From the sequence record MZ475893.1: 64,000 nucleotides of DNA; one strand, 5' to 3'. The notes beneath the pieces were generated by a model. The model saw nothing but the letters and a program-made list of their open reading frames with translations. It searched no databases and was not told where the DNA came from. The position numbers and the translations under genes are program-made. Below are positions 1 through 8,374 of this stretch, piece by piece. Numbering within the stretch: position 1 is the stretch's first letter; every line of letters starts with the position of its first letter.

Positions 1-1
1 G

Positions 2-151
2 TCTAAAAAGTCTAAGAAGTCAGATGATGACGACGAAGACGACGAAGATGATAAGCCGAAGAAGAAAAAGAAATCCTCTTCGGTGAAGTCGTCGTCTAAG
101 AAAAAGTCTTCGAAGGACGATGAGCCTAAGAAGAAAAAGAAAAAGAAGTAA
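2..151 (+). CDS. 3' end of upstream gene; Lys/Ser/Asp low-complexity tail (partial)
   Basis: Frame 2 reads SKKSKKSDDDDEDDEDDKPKKKKKSSSVK...PKKKKKKK to TAA 149-151; followed by terminator. Confidence 0.8.
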   Translation, partial: SKKSKKSDDDDEDDEDDKPKKKKKSSSVKSSSKKKSSKDDEPKKKKKKK

Positions 152-159
152 AATGAATC

Positions 160-188
160 GGGGTGGCTAGCGCCGCCCCTTTCTTTTC
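160..188 (+). terminator. intrinsic terminator
   Basis: GGGGTGGC-TAGC-GCCGCCCC then TTTCTTTTC. Confidence 0.75.
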
Positions 189-210
189 TCCACTCAGGAA
201 TTATCTCTCA

Positions 211-2712
211 ATGGCAAAAGAGAAGAAGGCCAAAGCAAGCAAGAAGGCGAAAGCTGTTGCTTCTGATGACATTGGCGGGACCGTAGTAGAACTGTTTAGT
301 CTGGGTAGCTACATGGACGACGTCCTCGATGCTATCGAAAAGAAGACGAAAGTTAGTTCCGCTGATGCTGCCCGACATGCTCCTCGTATCTCGACCGGTG
401 TGCTTGCTCTCGACATGTATCTGGATGGTGGTATCGTGCCTGGCGGCTGGTACACGTTCAGCGGCGGTGAGCAATCATGTAAGTCAACCATGACCATGAG
501 TATCATGGCCTCTCTTATTCGTCTCAAGTACAGCGGCATTAGCGTTGTGTTTGACTACGAAGGTTCTACCGATGCCGACTACGTTGCTGGTCAGCTCAAA
601 ACATTCGGCGTTAAAGTCGATCCGAAAACTATCTTCGGTGTGCGTGATGAAGAAGGCGGCTGGATCATCAAGCCTACCATTCGCTACTACGCGCCTGACA
701 ACGGTGAGCGCTTCTTCGATTATATGTCGATGCTGCGTCGTCGCCTGCCTGACAAGATCGTTGAGAAAGACGGTTCAGCTTACTACCTCTTCGAGAACAC
801 CAAAGAGAACTCGAAGAAGCTGGCAGGCAAGTACGATAAGAAGTGGTTCAGTCGTAACAACCAGTTCAAAGTTCCTGCGCCAGATGGCCACATGCAGGCT
901 GCTGTTATCGTTGACTCATATCCGGCAATGCTGCCTGATCAGGTCGATGACGACGACGGTTCAAAAGCAATGGCTCTGCAAGCGCGTATGTTCTCCGATG
1001 GCATCAAACGTTTCCGTGGCGGTATGCGCCGTAAGATGATGACTATCGTGGGCGTTAACCAGTTGCGCCAGAAGCCTGCTGTAATGTTCGGCAGCCCTGA
1101 ATATGAGCCGGGCGGGGACGCTCTCAAGTTCTATTGCTTCGCTGATGACACGCGCATTCGTACCGACCACGGTGTGTTGACTGCGCCTAAGATTAAAGCG
1201 TTGCTGGACGAAGGCAAAGAAGTTTGCGTTGAATCGTTCGAAGGCTTCCAGAAGATTAACGGCGCGTGGAAAGTTGAAGACGCTCCTTATCCGATCGAAG
1301 TCAATGCTGGTGGCCATGTGTATGTCGGCAGTGCTGAGCATCGCCAGTTCACCTTCATGCATGACACAACCGCAGAAGGTATGCGTGTACTTCGTCCTGA
1401 GTGGAACACGCTTAGCCAGCTGGCGCAGTACCCTTCTGCGGAAGGTCAGTATGCTGCGATTCGTCTTGCGTCCGTCGAAGAACTCAAGCAGAACACGCCT
1501 GATCAATTCGATACATCAAGCAAGAACATCGAGCTGGTGCTGTCTAACTGTGGTCCTGAGAAGCGTGATATTAATATCCTCTCTCATGACGGCACAACGT
1601 ACACAATGCCTGCTGTGCTGATCGACGCCGTTGGTCCTTACGATCACGTTGAAGACTTCGCGCATTACATTCAGGACTTCCTGAACATCGGTATCTATGC
1701 GTATGCAGACAACTCCGGTATCTGGATTCCTGGTCTGGTTGAAGCTGACCTGCACAATGCTGTTGCACGCGATGCAGACTCTGGTTATCAGGGCGTTGAC
1801 TTCTACGCTACCTCACGTCAGATCAGCTACCAGATGATGGCAGTTATCTCTGATGTGTTCCCAGAGCTGACCCGCTTTGTTCTGGACTTCAACGCGAATC
1901 ACGCGGAAGAGCAGGAAGAGCAAGTTTATCTGGCGCCTGGCTTTGATATTGCCGAAGCTATGGATGGCATTCTGCACAAAGAGATCAGTGGCTACGATGA
2001 CCAGTACGATCTGCTGATGCAGCAACTGGCCTACGTTGAAGACTGGTTCAGTGTTGATGACCGTCTGCTGCCTGTACCGTTCACGCTGCGTGCGCTTGAC
2101 AAGCAAGTTGAGTTCTGGGATGTTAACGTCGATGAGACTTCCGTCGTTATTACCAACAACTTCGTTAGTCATAACAGTGACGTTCGCGTTCGTCTGGCTT
2201 CTCGTGCTGTGCCTGAAGGCTGGCCGAAACTTAAAGACGCGCCTGGCGTTGTCGGTGAGAAGTCTGTTTCTGTTGAAGGCGGTACTGACCGCTATCGCTT
2301 CATTGCAGCCAAGACCATCAAGAACAAGATGGGTGGTATTCCTAACCAGCAGACGTGGTTACGCCTGTGGGAAGCTGACGGTAATGGTGAAGCACGCGGC
2401 TTTGACCCGGTGTTCGATACATGGCACTATGTCAAAACTCTCGGCCTCGTCAACGGTACGCGCAAGTCATTCAAACTGAAAGCGCCGTGCCCTGTAGCAT
2501 CCGAAGTTAAGATGGATTGGGATGACTTCCGTACGCTGATCAACGGTAACAAAGAACAGATTGTTAGCGTGTGCAAAAAGCTGAAAGTCAAACCTGTATC
2601 TCTGCGTCTGTGGGCGTTCAAGTTCGTGCAGTCCCAGAAAGGCAAAGATATGTTGAAAGCGTCGATCAGTAAGTCCGTCAAGAACGTTAACGACGACGAA
2701 GACGACGATTAA
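211..2712 (+). CDS. uvsX: RecA/UvsX-family recombinase, intein-containing
   Basis: RISTGVLALD, Walker A-like GGEQSCKST, Walker B VIVDS, VNQLRQK, VMFGSPE, GGDALKFY/SDVR; ATG 211 after AGGA. Confidence 0.92.
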   Translation: MAKEKKAKASKKAKAVASDDIGGTVVELFSLGSYMDDVLDAIEKKTKVSSADAARHAPRISTGVLALDMYLDGGIVPGGWYTFSGGEQSCKSTMTMSIMASLIRLKYSGISVVFDYEGSTDADYVAGQLKTFGVKVDPKTIFGVRDEEGGWIIKPTIRYYAPDNGERFFDYMSMLRRRLPDKIVEKDGSAYYLFENTKENSKKLAGKYDKKWFSRNNQFKVPAPDGHMQAAVIVDSYPAMLPDQVDDDDGSKAMALQARMFSDGIKRFRGGMRRKMMTIVGVNQLRQKPAVMFGSPEYEPGGDALKFYCFADDTRIRTDHGVLTAPKIKALLDEGKEVCVESFEGFQKINGAWKVEDAPYPIEVNAGGHVYVGSAEHRQFTFMHDTTAEGMRVLRPEWNTLSQLAQYPSAEGQYAAIRLASVEELKQNTPDQFDTSSKNIELVLSNCGPEKRDINILSHDGTTYTMPAVLIDAVGPYDHVEDFAHYIQDFLNIGIYAYADNSGIWIPGLVEADLHNAVARDADSGYQGVDFYATSRQISYQMMAVISDVFPELTRFVLDFNANHAEEQEEQVYLAPGFDIAEAMDGILHKEISGYDDQYDLLMQQLAYVEDWFSVDDRLLPVPFTLRALDKQVEFWDVNVDETSVVITNNFVSHNSDVRVRLASRAVPEGWPKLKDAPGVVGEKSVSVEGGTDRYRFIAAKTIKNKMGGIPNQQTWLRLWEADGNGEARGFDPVFDTWHYVKTLGLVNGTRKSFKLKAPCPVASEVKMDWDDFRTLINGNKEQIVSVCKKLKVKPVSLRLWAFKFVQSQKGKDMLKASISKSVKNVNDDEDDD
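1135..2175 (+). mobile_element. intein (347 aa) with degenerate LAGLIDADG endonuclease
   Basis: Starts Cys (CFADDTRI), block-B-like His (SAEH), ends SHN followed by Ser; removal restores ALKFY-SDVRV; remnants PAVLIDAVG and IPGLVEADL. Confidence 0.92.
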
Positions 2713-2719
2713 TTAACTC

Positions 2720-2737
2720 GCGGTCCTTCGGGGCCGC
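2720..2737 (+). terminator. UUCG hairpin without U-tract (terminator or stabilising stem)
   Basis: GCGGTCC-TTCG-GGGCCGC; identical copy at 50334-50351. Confidence 0.5.
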
Positions 2738-2756
2738 CCACTATCTGGAGAAAGAG

Positions 2757-3140
2757 ATGCGTACTCTGATTCATACCGCAGACGTAACCAATCTGTCTGT
2801 GCTGGAACTGGAAGAAGGCTCTGTAGCAAAGCCTGTTACTCCAAATCTGATTTCTGATCTCAAAGAGCTGCTGTCACGCGAAGACCTGAGTCAGAACATT
2901 CGCCACGTTGTGTTCATCTCTGCTGATCAGGTCGGCGTATTCACCGAAGCTGAGATGATCAACTACTTCGACCCAATCGAGCAGGTGTCTGAAATCAACG
3001 CAGGCAATATCGGTACTGTGCTGGCTATGCAGGTTATTCGTGTCGATGACAAGACTAATCTGATCGCAGTGGCTGGTGTCACTGATGTGGAAGAAGGCGT
3101 TACTATCAACGAGTTCAACGCATCGCCTGTAAATCTGTAA
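2757..3140 (+). CDS. hypothetical protein (127 aa)
   Basis: RBS GGAG, phage-like codon usage. Confidence 0.8.
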   Translation: MRTLIHTADVTNLSVLELEEGSVAKPVTPNLISDLKELLSREDLSQNIRHVVFISADQVGVFTEAEMINYFDPIEQVSEINAGNIGTVLAMQVIRVDDKTNLIAVAGVTDVEEGVTINEFNASPVNL

Positions 3141-3210
3141 ATAAAACAAGTGAGGGCAATCGTGTCCTCACTTAACTCACTCTGATAGGGCATTGACCCA
3201 GGAGATAAAC

Positions 3211-3933
3211 ATGACAATCAAATTTGTCGAAGTACCGAACATTAGTATGTTCGAGGGTCTGGTGCATGGCGCCAACCGACACGCACAAAACGCCAACATC
3301 GGCGGCAAGGCTCGTTACGCATTCTACGTGGATGTGACAGAAGCTGCGGCAGAAGCTGCACTGTATTCAATGTTGCGCAAGAAGGCACACGCAGATGTTA
3401 GAGCTGTGGGCTACTCTGTTTCTCATACTGTGAGAGGTATGACTCAACCCAAAGAGATTCCTGTTTTCTTGTCGGACAATTTGTCTCACATAGCATTGGA
3501 TTCTTTGAAACAAAATTTATGTGAGTTGCTTCGTGCGCTGTGTCGTTCAGCCGCCAGCTCGGATAGCAATATCATTCTGTACTACCAAAAGGACATGGCT
3601 TTCATCAAAAGCAAAATGTTCGATTGGGTTCTTGAAGGCAAACTGAGCAGACCTTCAAAAGTAAACAGCGAACTATATGTTCGTTCCTCAAACATTGATC
3701 TTAACGTCCTTCTTAATATCGTTAGAGATCACGATTATATCGGACACTTTGCATCTAACATACCACAAGAGATTACAATAGGCTCTGATGCGAGTGCCAT
3801 AGATGCGGTCAAGTTATGTGACACCGCCGACGTACTGGCTGCTCAAGGCCGCAAAGTGCATCTGTGCAATGACATTTACCGCAAAGCGTTGTCTATCTCC
3901 TTTGCAGACGGTATTCCGCGTAATCAACTGTAA
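3211..3933 (+). CDS. hypothetical protein
   Basis: AGGAG upstream of ATG 3211; long ORF. Confidence 0.75.
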   Translation: MTIKFVEVPNISMFEGLVHGANRHAQNANIGGKARYAFYVDVTEAAAEAALYSMLRKKAHADVRAVGYSVSHTVRGMTQPKEIPVFLSDNLSHIALDSLKQNLCELLRALCRSAASSDSNIILYYQKDMAFIKSKMFDWVLEGKLSRPSKVNSELYVRSSNIDLNVLLNIVRDHDYIGHFASNIPQEITIGSDASAIDAVKLCDTADVLAAQGRKVHLCNDIYRKALSISFADGIPRNQL

Positions 3934-3977
3934 ACCAAACACATTGCTGTGTGTAGTCTTTGGCCAAACTTAGGCTC

Positions 3978-4008
3978 GGGAGTCCAGGACGGGCTCCCAT
4001 TTTTATTT
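3978..4008 (+). terminator. intrinsic terminator
   Basis: GGGAGTCC-AGGAC-GGGCTCCC then ATTTTTATTT. Confidence 0.7.
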
Positions 4009-4021
4009 CGGAGACAGAACA

Positions 4022-5086
4022 GTGACTGACATTAGAAGCAAAACAGCCTACGAATATCTGCACGACACCTATCTTGAAAACAATTTCTTTGTTGGCGTTC
4101 CTCGATCTAAACTCACAGCAAAGTTTCAAGAGTATTTGAAAACAACTAACGGTAGGCTGCATCGTCACGGTCTTCCTCTTGCTGACTTTATGACGTGGGC
4201 CAACATGCGTCCTGAGATCAAAAAGGGCGAACAGCAATTTGATGCCGTCATGAGACTGCACAAACTTTCTTTTGATGCAGCTGCGGTGTATACACAATTT
4301 GTATGGTCGTTTACCAAAGGTGTGTTCAAGATCGATCAAGAAATATGGAAGCATCTTGCAGAAGGTGAGCCACCCAAGATACTACCCTCTGATACGCTCA
4401 AGAGATTGCCTAACTGGTCCCAGTGGTTAGATACATCGCTGAGAATGGTGCGCCACGATAGCGCCAGTGACACGCTGTTTGCTTTGACCACTGAAGGCTT
4501 CTGGTCAACTTATCTGTGCTATGATCATCAAAACAGAACGCACATGTTCCTCGTAGCGCCTACCGTTATGCAAATAGGCAAAGAGAGTTTCATCGCAACC
4601 ACTCTGGTTATGTTTGATATAACAAAAGACCATGAGATGGAAGACAACATGGATTGGCAAATCACCGCCACATCAACTGACGGTCAAACTTCCGTACGCT
4701 TTACGAAAGAGCATGAAACGTACGGCAAGATACTTGACGGTTTGGTTAGTGCTTGGATTGATTCTGCTGTCAATGCGTTGTTGTTCGTCGCTTCATCCGT
4801 TGATAACGTTTATAAAGGAGGTGTAAAGGGAATCGTCCCACGCAAACAAGGTAAGACGTTCAAAGTTCTACCGATACGTGACGTGCGTGTATGGCATGTA
4901 GGTTCCGAATTGCTTAACGAGATACGCCAGTATGAATCTGATGTAGCCTCAGAGAGTTCTCAGAATCGCCGTGCTCACATTCGTCGTGGTCATTATCATA
5001 ACTACTGGTATGGCCCACGTGATGGTGAACGTGTACTAAAGGCCAAATGGCTTCCACCGTGTGTCGTTCGAGGCACCGCAGAGTAA
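4022..5086 (+). CDS. AcrVA2/FinQ-family protein
   Basis: WSFTKGVFKIDQEI, LPNW, EGFW, GSELLNEIRQYES and HIRRGHYHNYWYG..KWLP match AcrVA2 motifs as recalled; GTG start after GGAG. Confidence 0.75.
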   Translation: MTDIRSKTAYEYLHDTYLENNFFVGVPRSKLTAKFQEYLKTTNGRLHRHGLPLADFMTWANMRPEIKKGEQQFDAVMRLHKLSFDAAAVYTQFVWSFTKGVFKIDQEIWKHLAEGEPPKILPSDTLKRLPNWSQWLDTSLRMVRHDSASDTLFALTTEGFWSTYLCYDHQNRTHMFLVAPTVMQIGKESFIATTLVMFDITKDHEMEDNMDWQITATSTDGQTSVRFTKEHETYGKILDGLVSAWIDSAVNALLFVASSVDNVYKGGVKGIVPRKQGKTFKVLPIRDVRVWHVGSELLNEIRQYESDVASESSQNRRAHIRRGHYHNYWYGPRDGERVLKAKWLPPCVVRGTAE

Positions 5087-5135
5087 TCACAATCAACCGT
5101 ATCTTCCACAAAGGCGTTTAGCCTAGGAGAATCTT

Positions 5136-5894
5136 ATGTCACGAGTACAAACGTTGTTCATCCCTGAAGTTGAACGTTTTGAAGCGTATGTTAAGTCGTT
5201 GCTGCACATGGCACGCACGCTAGATAACAGCGGTCGTCAATATGATCGCACGAAACATGTTGTCGTCGTTGGCTCAACAACTCGCACAGTCGAAGCCTAC
5301 GTCAAAACAACAATCGGCTCTAACACAGTTCCAGATGGCGTTTTCTGCCTCGGACTGAATCAGGCGCCTGACCTTTATAAGAAGTATGACTTCGGCTCTG
5401 CTCATGTTGTACTGATGTTCGATCTGATGTATACGTCGGAGAGCGCAATCCAATCACTGGCCCACAGACTGTTTGATATTATCCTGACGCTCAAGCAGCG
5501 ACCAGAAGACAGAGAACTGAAAAACCTTCCGATACATATCGTCGGCCAGAACTGGAAGGTGTGGGATGCTATGATGGAGTCAGGTGCAGCAAACGTAGCA
5601 AACTACGAATGCTATTCTACGGGATTGCAGTTTGCCCCCAATCAAACTTTCGAAACAGCCTCATGCATTACGTTTGATCAGCTACTCACGCAGGACCCTA
5701 ACACTTACGCCAAGCACGACATTTCGATTGGCCGAGAGTTCACCGTGATTGATCATGCTACGCTGATTCAAAAACTCCATAACATCAAATGGGTGTTGCA
5801 GTCAGGTCAGACACAACACAAACTCATCCTCGACCACGCGTTTCAGCGCATTTTGTTCGAGCAATATCTCTGCTATGAGTTTCAGGGTCTTTAA
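5136..5894 (+). CDS. hypothetical protein
   Basis: AGGAG RBS; 252 aa ORF. Confidence 0.8.
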   Translation: MSRVQTLFIPEVERFEAYVKSLLHMARTLDNSGRQYDRTKHVVVVGSTTRTVEAYVKTTIGSNTVPDGVFCLGLNQAPDLYKKYDFGSAHVVLMFDLMYTSESAIQSLAHRLFDIILTLKQRPEDRELKNLPIHIVGQNWKVWDAMMESGAANVANYECYSTGLQFAPNQTFETASCITFDQLLTQDPNTYAKHDISIGREFTVIDHATLIQKLHNIKWVLQSGQTQHKLILDHAFQRILFEQYLCYEFQGL

Positions 5895-5968
5895 GAATAA
5901 TCTTAGTCCGCTAACTAATTTAAAAACGTTGGCAAGTAGTGCTGACGTCTAGTTATCGGAGACATAAC

Positions 5969-6232
5969 GTGTACGAACGTAGCCTCGTGCGATTGAAGTA
6001 CCACGCCAGAGCACACCTCTGGTATAATAATACAGAACACGCTTGCAGTGAGCGGAAGGCTACTAATGTGCAATGTGAACAATTCTTGGAAGCAACCAAG
6101 AACTGTCGCTCTGTGCAGGAGTCGCCTAGTGTTGTTTCTTTCTACTCAGGAGCCGAGCTTGTTGGTCAAGCAATATGGCAGCATGATGCAGACAGTGACA
6201 GCACACTTCAATTCCGGCTTCTACTTGCGTAA
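5969..6232 (+). CDS. hypothetical protein
   Basis: GGAG 7 nt before GTG 5969; fills intergenic gap. Confidence 0.5.
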   Translation: MYERSLVRLKYHARAHLWYNNTEHACSERKATNVQCEQFLEATKNCRSVQESPSVVSFYSGAELVGQAIWQHDADSDSTLQFRLLLA

Positions 6233-6296
6233 CATCCTAAAGGGCTTTCAGATACCTCTGGCGGCCCTTTATCATTTCAATACACGGAGAAAGCCA

Positions 6297-6563
6297 ATGT
6301 CTGTTCAGATTCAACTGTCCGAGAAAAACCTCGACGATATTATGCAGCACTCCACCAGCCGCATCAGCCTGTCAGAGTTGAATGCTCGTCTGGCGCAAGA
6401 TGAAATCATCATGCAGAACGTGCTGGTGGAACGCCCTGTAGGCGCTGGTGTGCCTATCACTGTCGTGCGTGATATTGTTGATCGCTATCTGGAGCTGATT
6501 CGCAATCCAGGTCCGATTGACGGTCAATGGCAGCCGCAAGAATACGCTATCGTGCAATACTGA
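6297..6563 (+). CDS. hypothetical protein (88 aa)
   Basis: GGAG RBS before ATG 6297. Confidence 0.75.
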   Translation: MSVQIQLSEKNLDDIMQHSTSRISLSELNARLAQDEIIMQNVLVERPVGAGVPITVVRDIVDRYLELIRNPGPIDGQWQPQEYAIVQY

Positions 6564-6567
6564 TCTC

Positions 6568-6598
6568 ATGGGTGCCTTAGGGCGCCCATATTCGTTTA
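6568..6598 (+). terminator. hairpin/weak terminator
   Basis: ATGGGTGCC-TTAG-GGCGCCCAT. Confidence 0.55.
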
Positions 6599-6637
6599 TA
6601 TGCTAATTTCTACCTACATTCAACTAGGAGAGACAGC

Positions 6638-7297
6638 ATGAAAATATTCGTTTCGCTGTCGGCCCCACAAAAACAAAAAGAACCGCCGATTGTAACTGAA
6701 TCTGATCAAAAGAATCCTCGCGTAAACGATAACAGCAAACTCGGTCAAGTGTTTGATGTGTTCGTGCTCCAGCAAATGTCCTATCTCGATATGAAAGAGA
6801 TTCGTGGCTCTGCTGGTCCAAAGTACGCGCAGGTTATTGCCGACTGGCTTAACAGCCAACGCAGTATCGACAATAAGTTCCGTGTGTCTAAGCGCAGTAA
6901 GATCTCTATTGCTGTCAAGAACACTCAACAGCTTGCCGCTCGCTATACGGACATTTACCTGTTGAGTCCTGAGAGCAATAAAGAGCGTTCGTGGTTGCTT
7001 AAAGGCGAAGGCCCACAAGGCAACAACAAGACGATTGAGATTGGTCGTAATCTCTTATTAGACGTCCTATATGCTTCTGCTCTGACGTTGCTTGGTGCAC
7101 ACCTCGTAACAGAAGAATGGCCAGGCAACAGCACGTATGATCAAGTGTTGTTTGAAATGGACAAGCGAAGCAAACGTGGTAAAAGGATTGGTAAGCGCTA
7201 CCCACGCATTGCCAAAGAAAATGAAAACACACTAATCACGATGATGCAGGACGGGTTGTCTATTGCAGAAATCACCGATTGGGTTCTGAAACAGTAA
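6638..7297 (+). CDS. hypothetical protein, possible C-terminal HTH
   Basis: AGGAGG RBS; ends MMQDGLSIAEITDWV. Confidence 0.75.
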   Translation: MKIFVSLSAPQKQKEPPIVTESDQKNPRVNDNSKLGQVFDVFVLQQMSYLDMKEIRGSAGPKYAQVIADWLNSQRSIDNKFRVSKRSKISIAVKNTQQLAARYTDIYLLSPESNKERSWLLKGEGPQGNNKTIEIGRNLLLDVLYASALTLLGAHLVTEEWPGNSTYDQVLFEMDKRSKRGKRIGKRYPRIAKENENTLITMMQDGLSIAEITDWVLKQ

Positions 7298-7306
7298 GAG
7301 GAATCT

Positions 7307-8119
7307 ATGTCACTCGTAAAACTTCAAGGCGTCCCGTCCTTGTCCGCGCCTACCAAGGCCCAGAAAGATGCAGCTATCTATATGTTTGGCTCTAAAGGCC
7401 ATTCTATCGTTGCTGTGTTGGATAAATTCAGTCGTGCCAAAGAAGTGCGTGCACCGCATCTCGATGGTCTATTGAAGCTGATGAAGGAAGGCGAAGATGA
7501 TGAGATCATCAAATTCGTTTCATCTGCTGCTGGTAAGAAAGCTCTGGCTAACGCGAAAGCATTCGCCGTTGCAAAGACACTGACCGCAAGCATCAAAGCG
7601 CTTAAACTGATTCGCGTTCCGATGAAGTGGATCGACGGTCACTCGGATGTTGCTGCTGCACGCAACGAAGAAACCAAAGAGATTCGCGCACGCAAGACTG
7701 CTGGCAATCGTCCTGAGAAGCCTATCAAGCTCGATAACCCGCAAGCGCCTGCACCTGTTACTCCTAAGGCCAAGCCTGTTCACATCCCGTCTGGCAAGTC
7801 TGCTGATACGCTGGTGGATGAGATGGGTGATATTCCTGCGCGTAAGATCTCAGGCAAGAGTATGCAACAGCGTGAGGAATATTTGAATGCTCTGGGCTTC
7901 GTTATCCAGCGCAATATTCCGCGTGCAAAAGTCAACGTCTCGGCTGACAGCGTTATGGTAACTAAAGGCTCCAAGATTTATACCATTGCACTGACGCCAC
8001 AAGCGTGGACGCTGCAAGAAGGTGTGACTAAGAAGCCTAAGCGCATCGGCACAACGTTCGACGTTGTTGCTATACTGTCTGCGATTGATCCTTCGTTCGC
8101 TCCGGTCCTGATGAAGTAA
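7307..8119 (+). CDS. basic Lys/Ala-rich hypothetical protein
   Basis: GAGG RBS; 270 aa. Confidence 0.8.
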   Translation: MSLVKLQGVPSLSAPTKAQKDAAIYMFGSKGHSIVAVLDKFSRAKEVRAPHLDGLLKLMKEGEDDEIIKFVSSAAGKKALANAKAFAVAKTLTASIKALKLIRVPMKWIDGHSDVAAARNEETKEIRARKTAGNRPEKPIKLDNPQAPAPVTPKAKPVHIPSGKSADTLVDEMGDIPARKISGKSMQQREEYLNALGFVIQRNIPRAKVNVSADSVMVTKGSKIYTIALTPQAWTLQEGVTKKPKRIGTTFDVVAILSAIDPSFAPVLMK

Positions 8120-8123
8120 CAAC

Positions 8124-8152
8124 AAAAGGGTGGCCTAAGGGTCGCCCTTTTT
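8124..8152 (+). terminator. intrinsic terminator
   Basis: AAAAGGGTGGCC-TAAG-GGTCGCCCTTTTT. Confidence 0.8.
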
Positions 8153-8374
8153 CGATCTATTTGCGTGCCAATCGTAAATAACCTTTCCTCTGCGTTGCCT
8201 CTTCTACTCCTGCCTCGACGCCCACACGCTGCATACTCATTCCATTTGTCTCTACTAACTCTGGCTCTAACTCAAAACTTGCCTCAGTTTCCTGCTAACC
8301 TGATCGCTAATTCCTATCTGCAAGCCAAGTTCTTGCATACGCAAATTTGCTATTAGGTTAAGAGGAATATTCCC

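Noticed and set aside
163-210. ORF-track upstream starts (163, 10366, 15927, 35663, 52895, 54942 and others)
   Set aside because: They run through terminators or promoters; later ATGs have clear RBSs
466-492. Walker A with Cys instead of Gly suggesting dead RecA
   Set aside because: Lys-Ser and Walker B are intact, and T4 UvsX also has a non-Gly residue here; no frameshift
8165-8356. 63-aa ORF in the C-rich stretch
   Set aside because: No RBS, Leu/Pro/Ser composition explained by base skew
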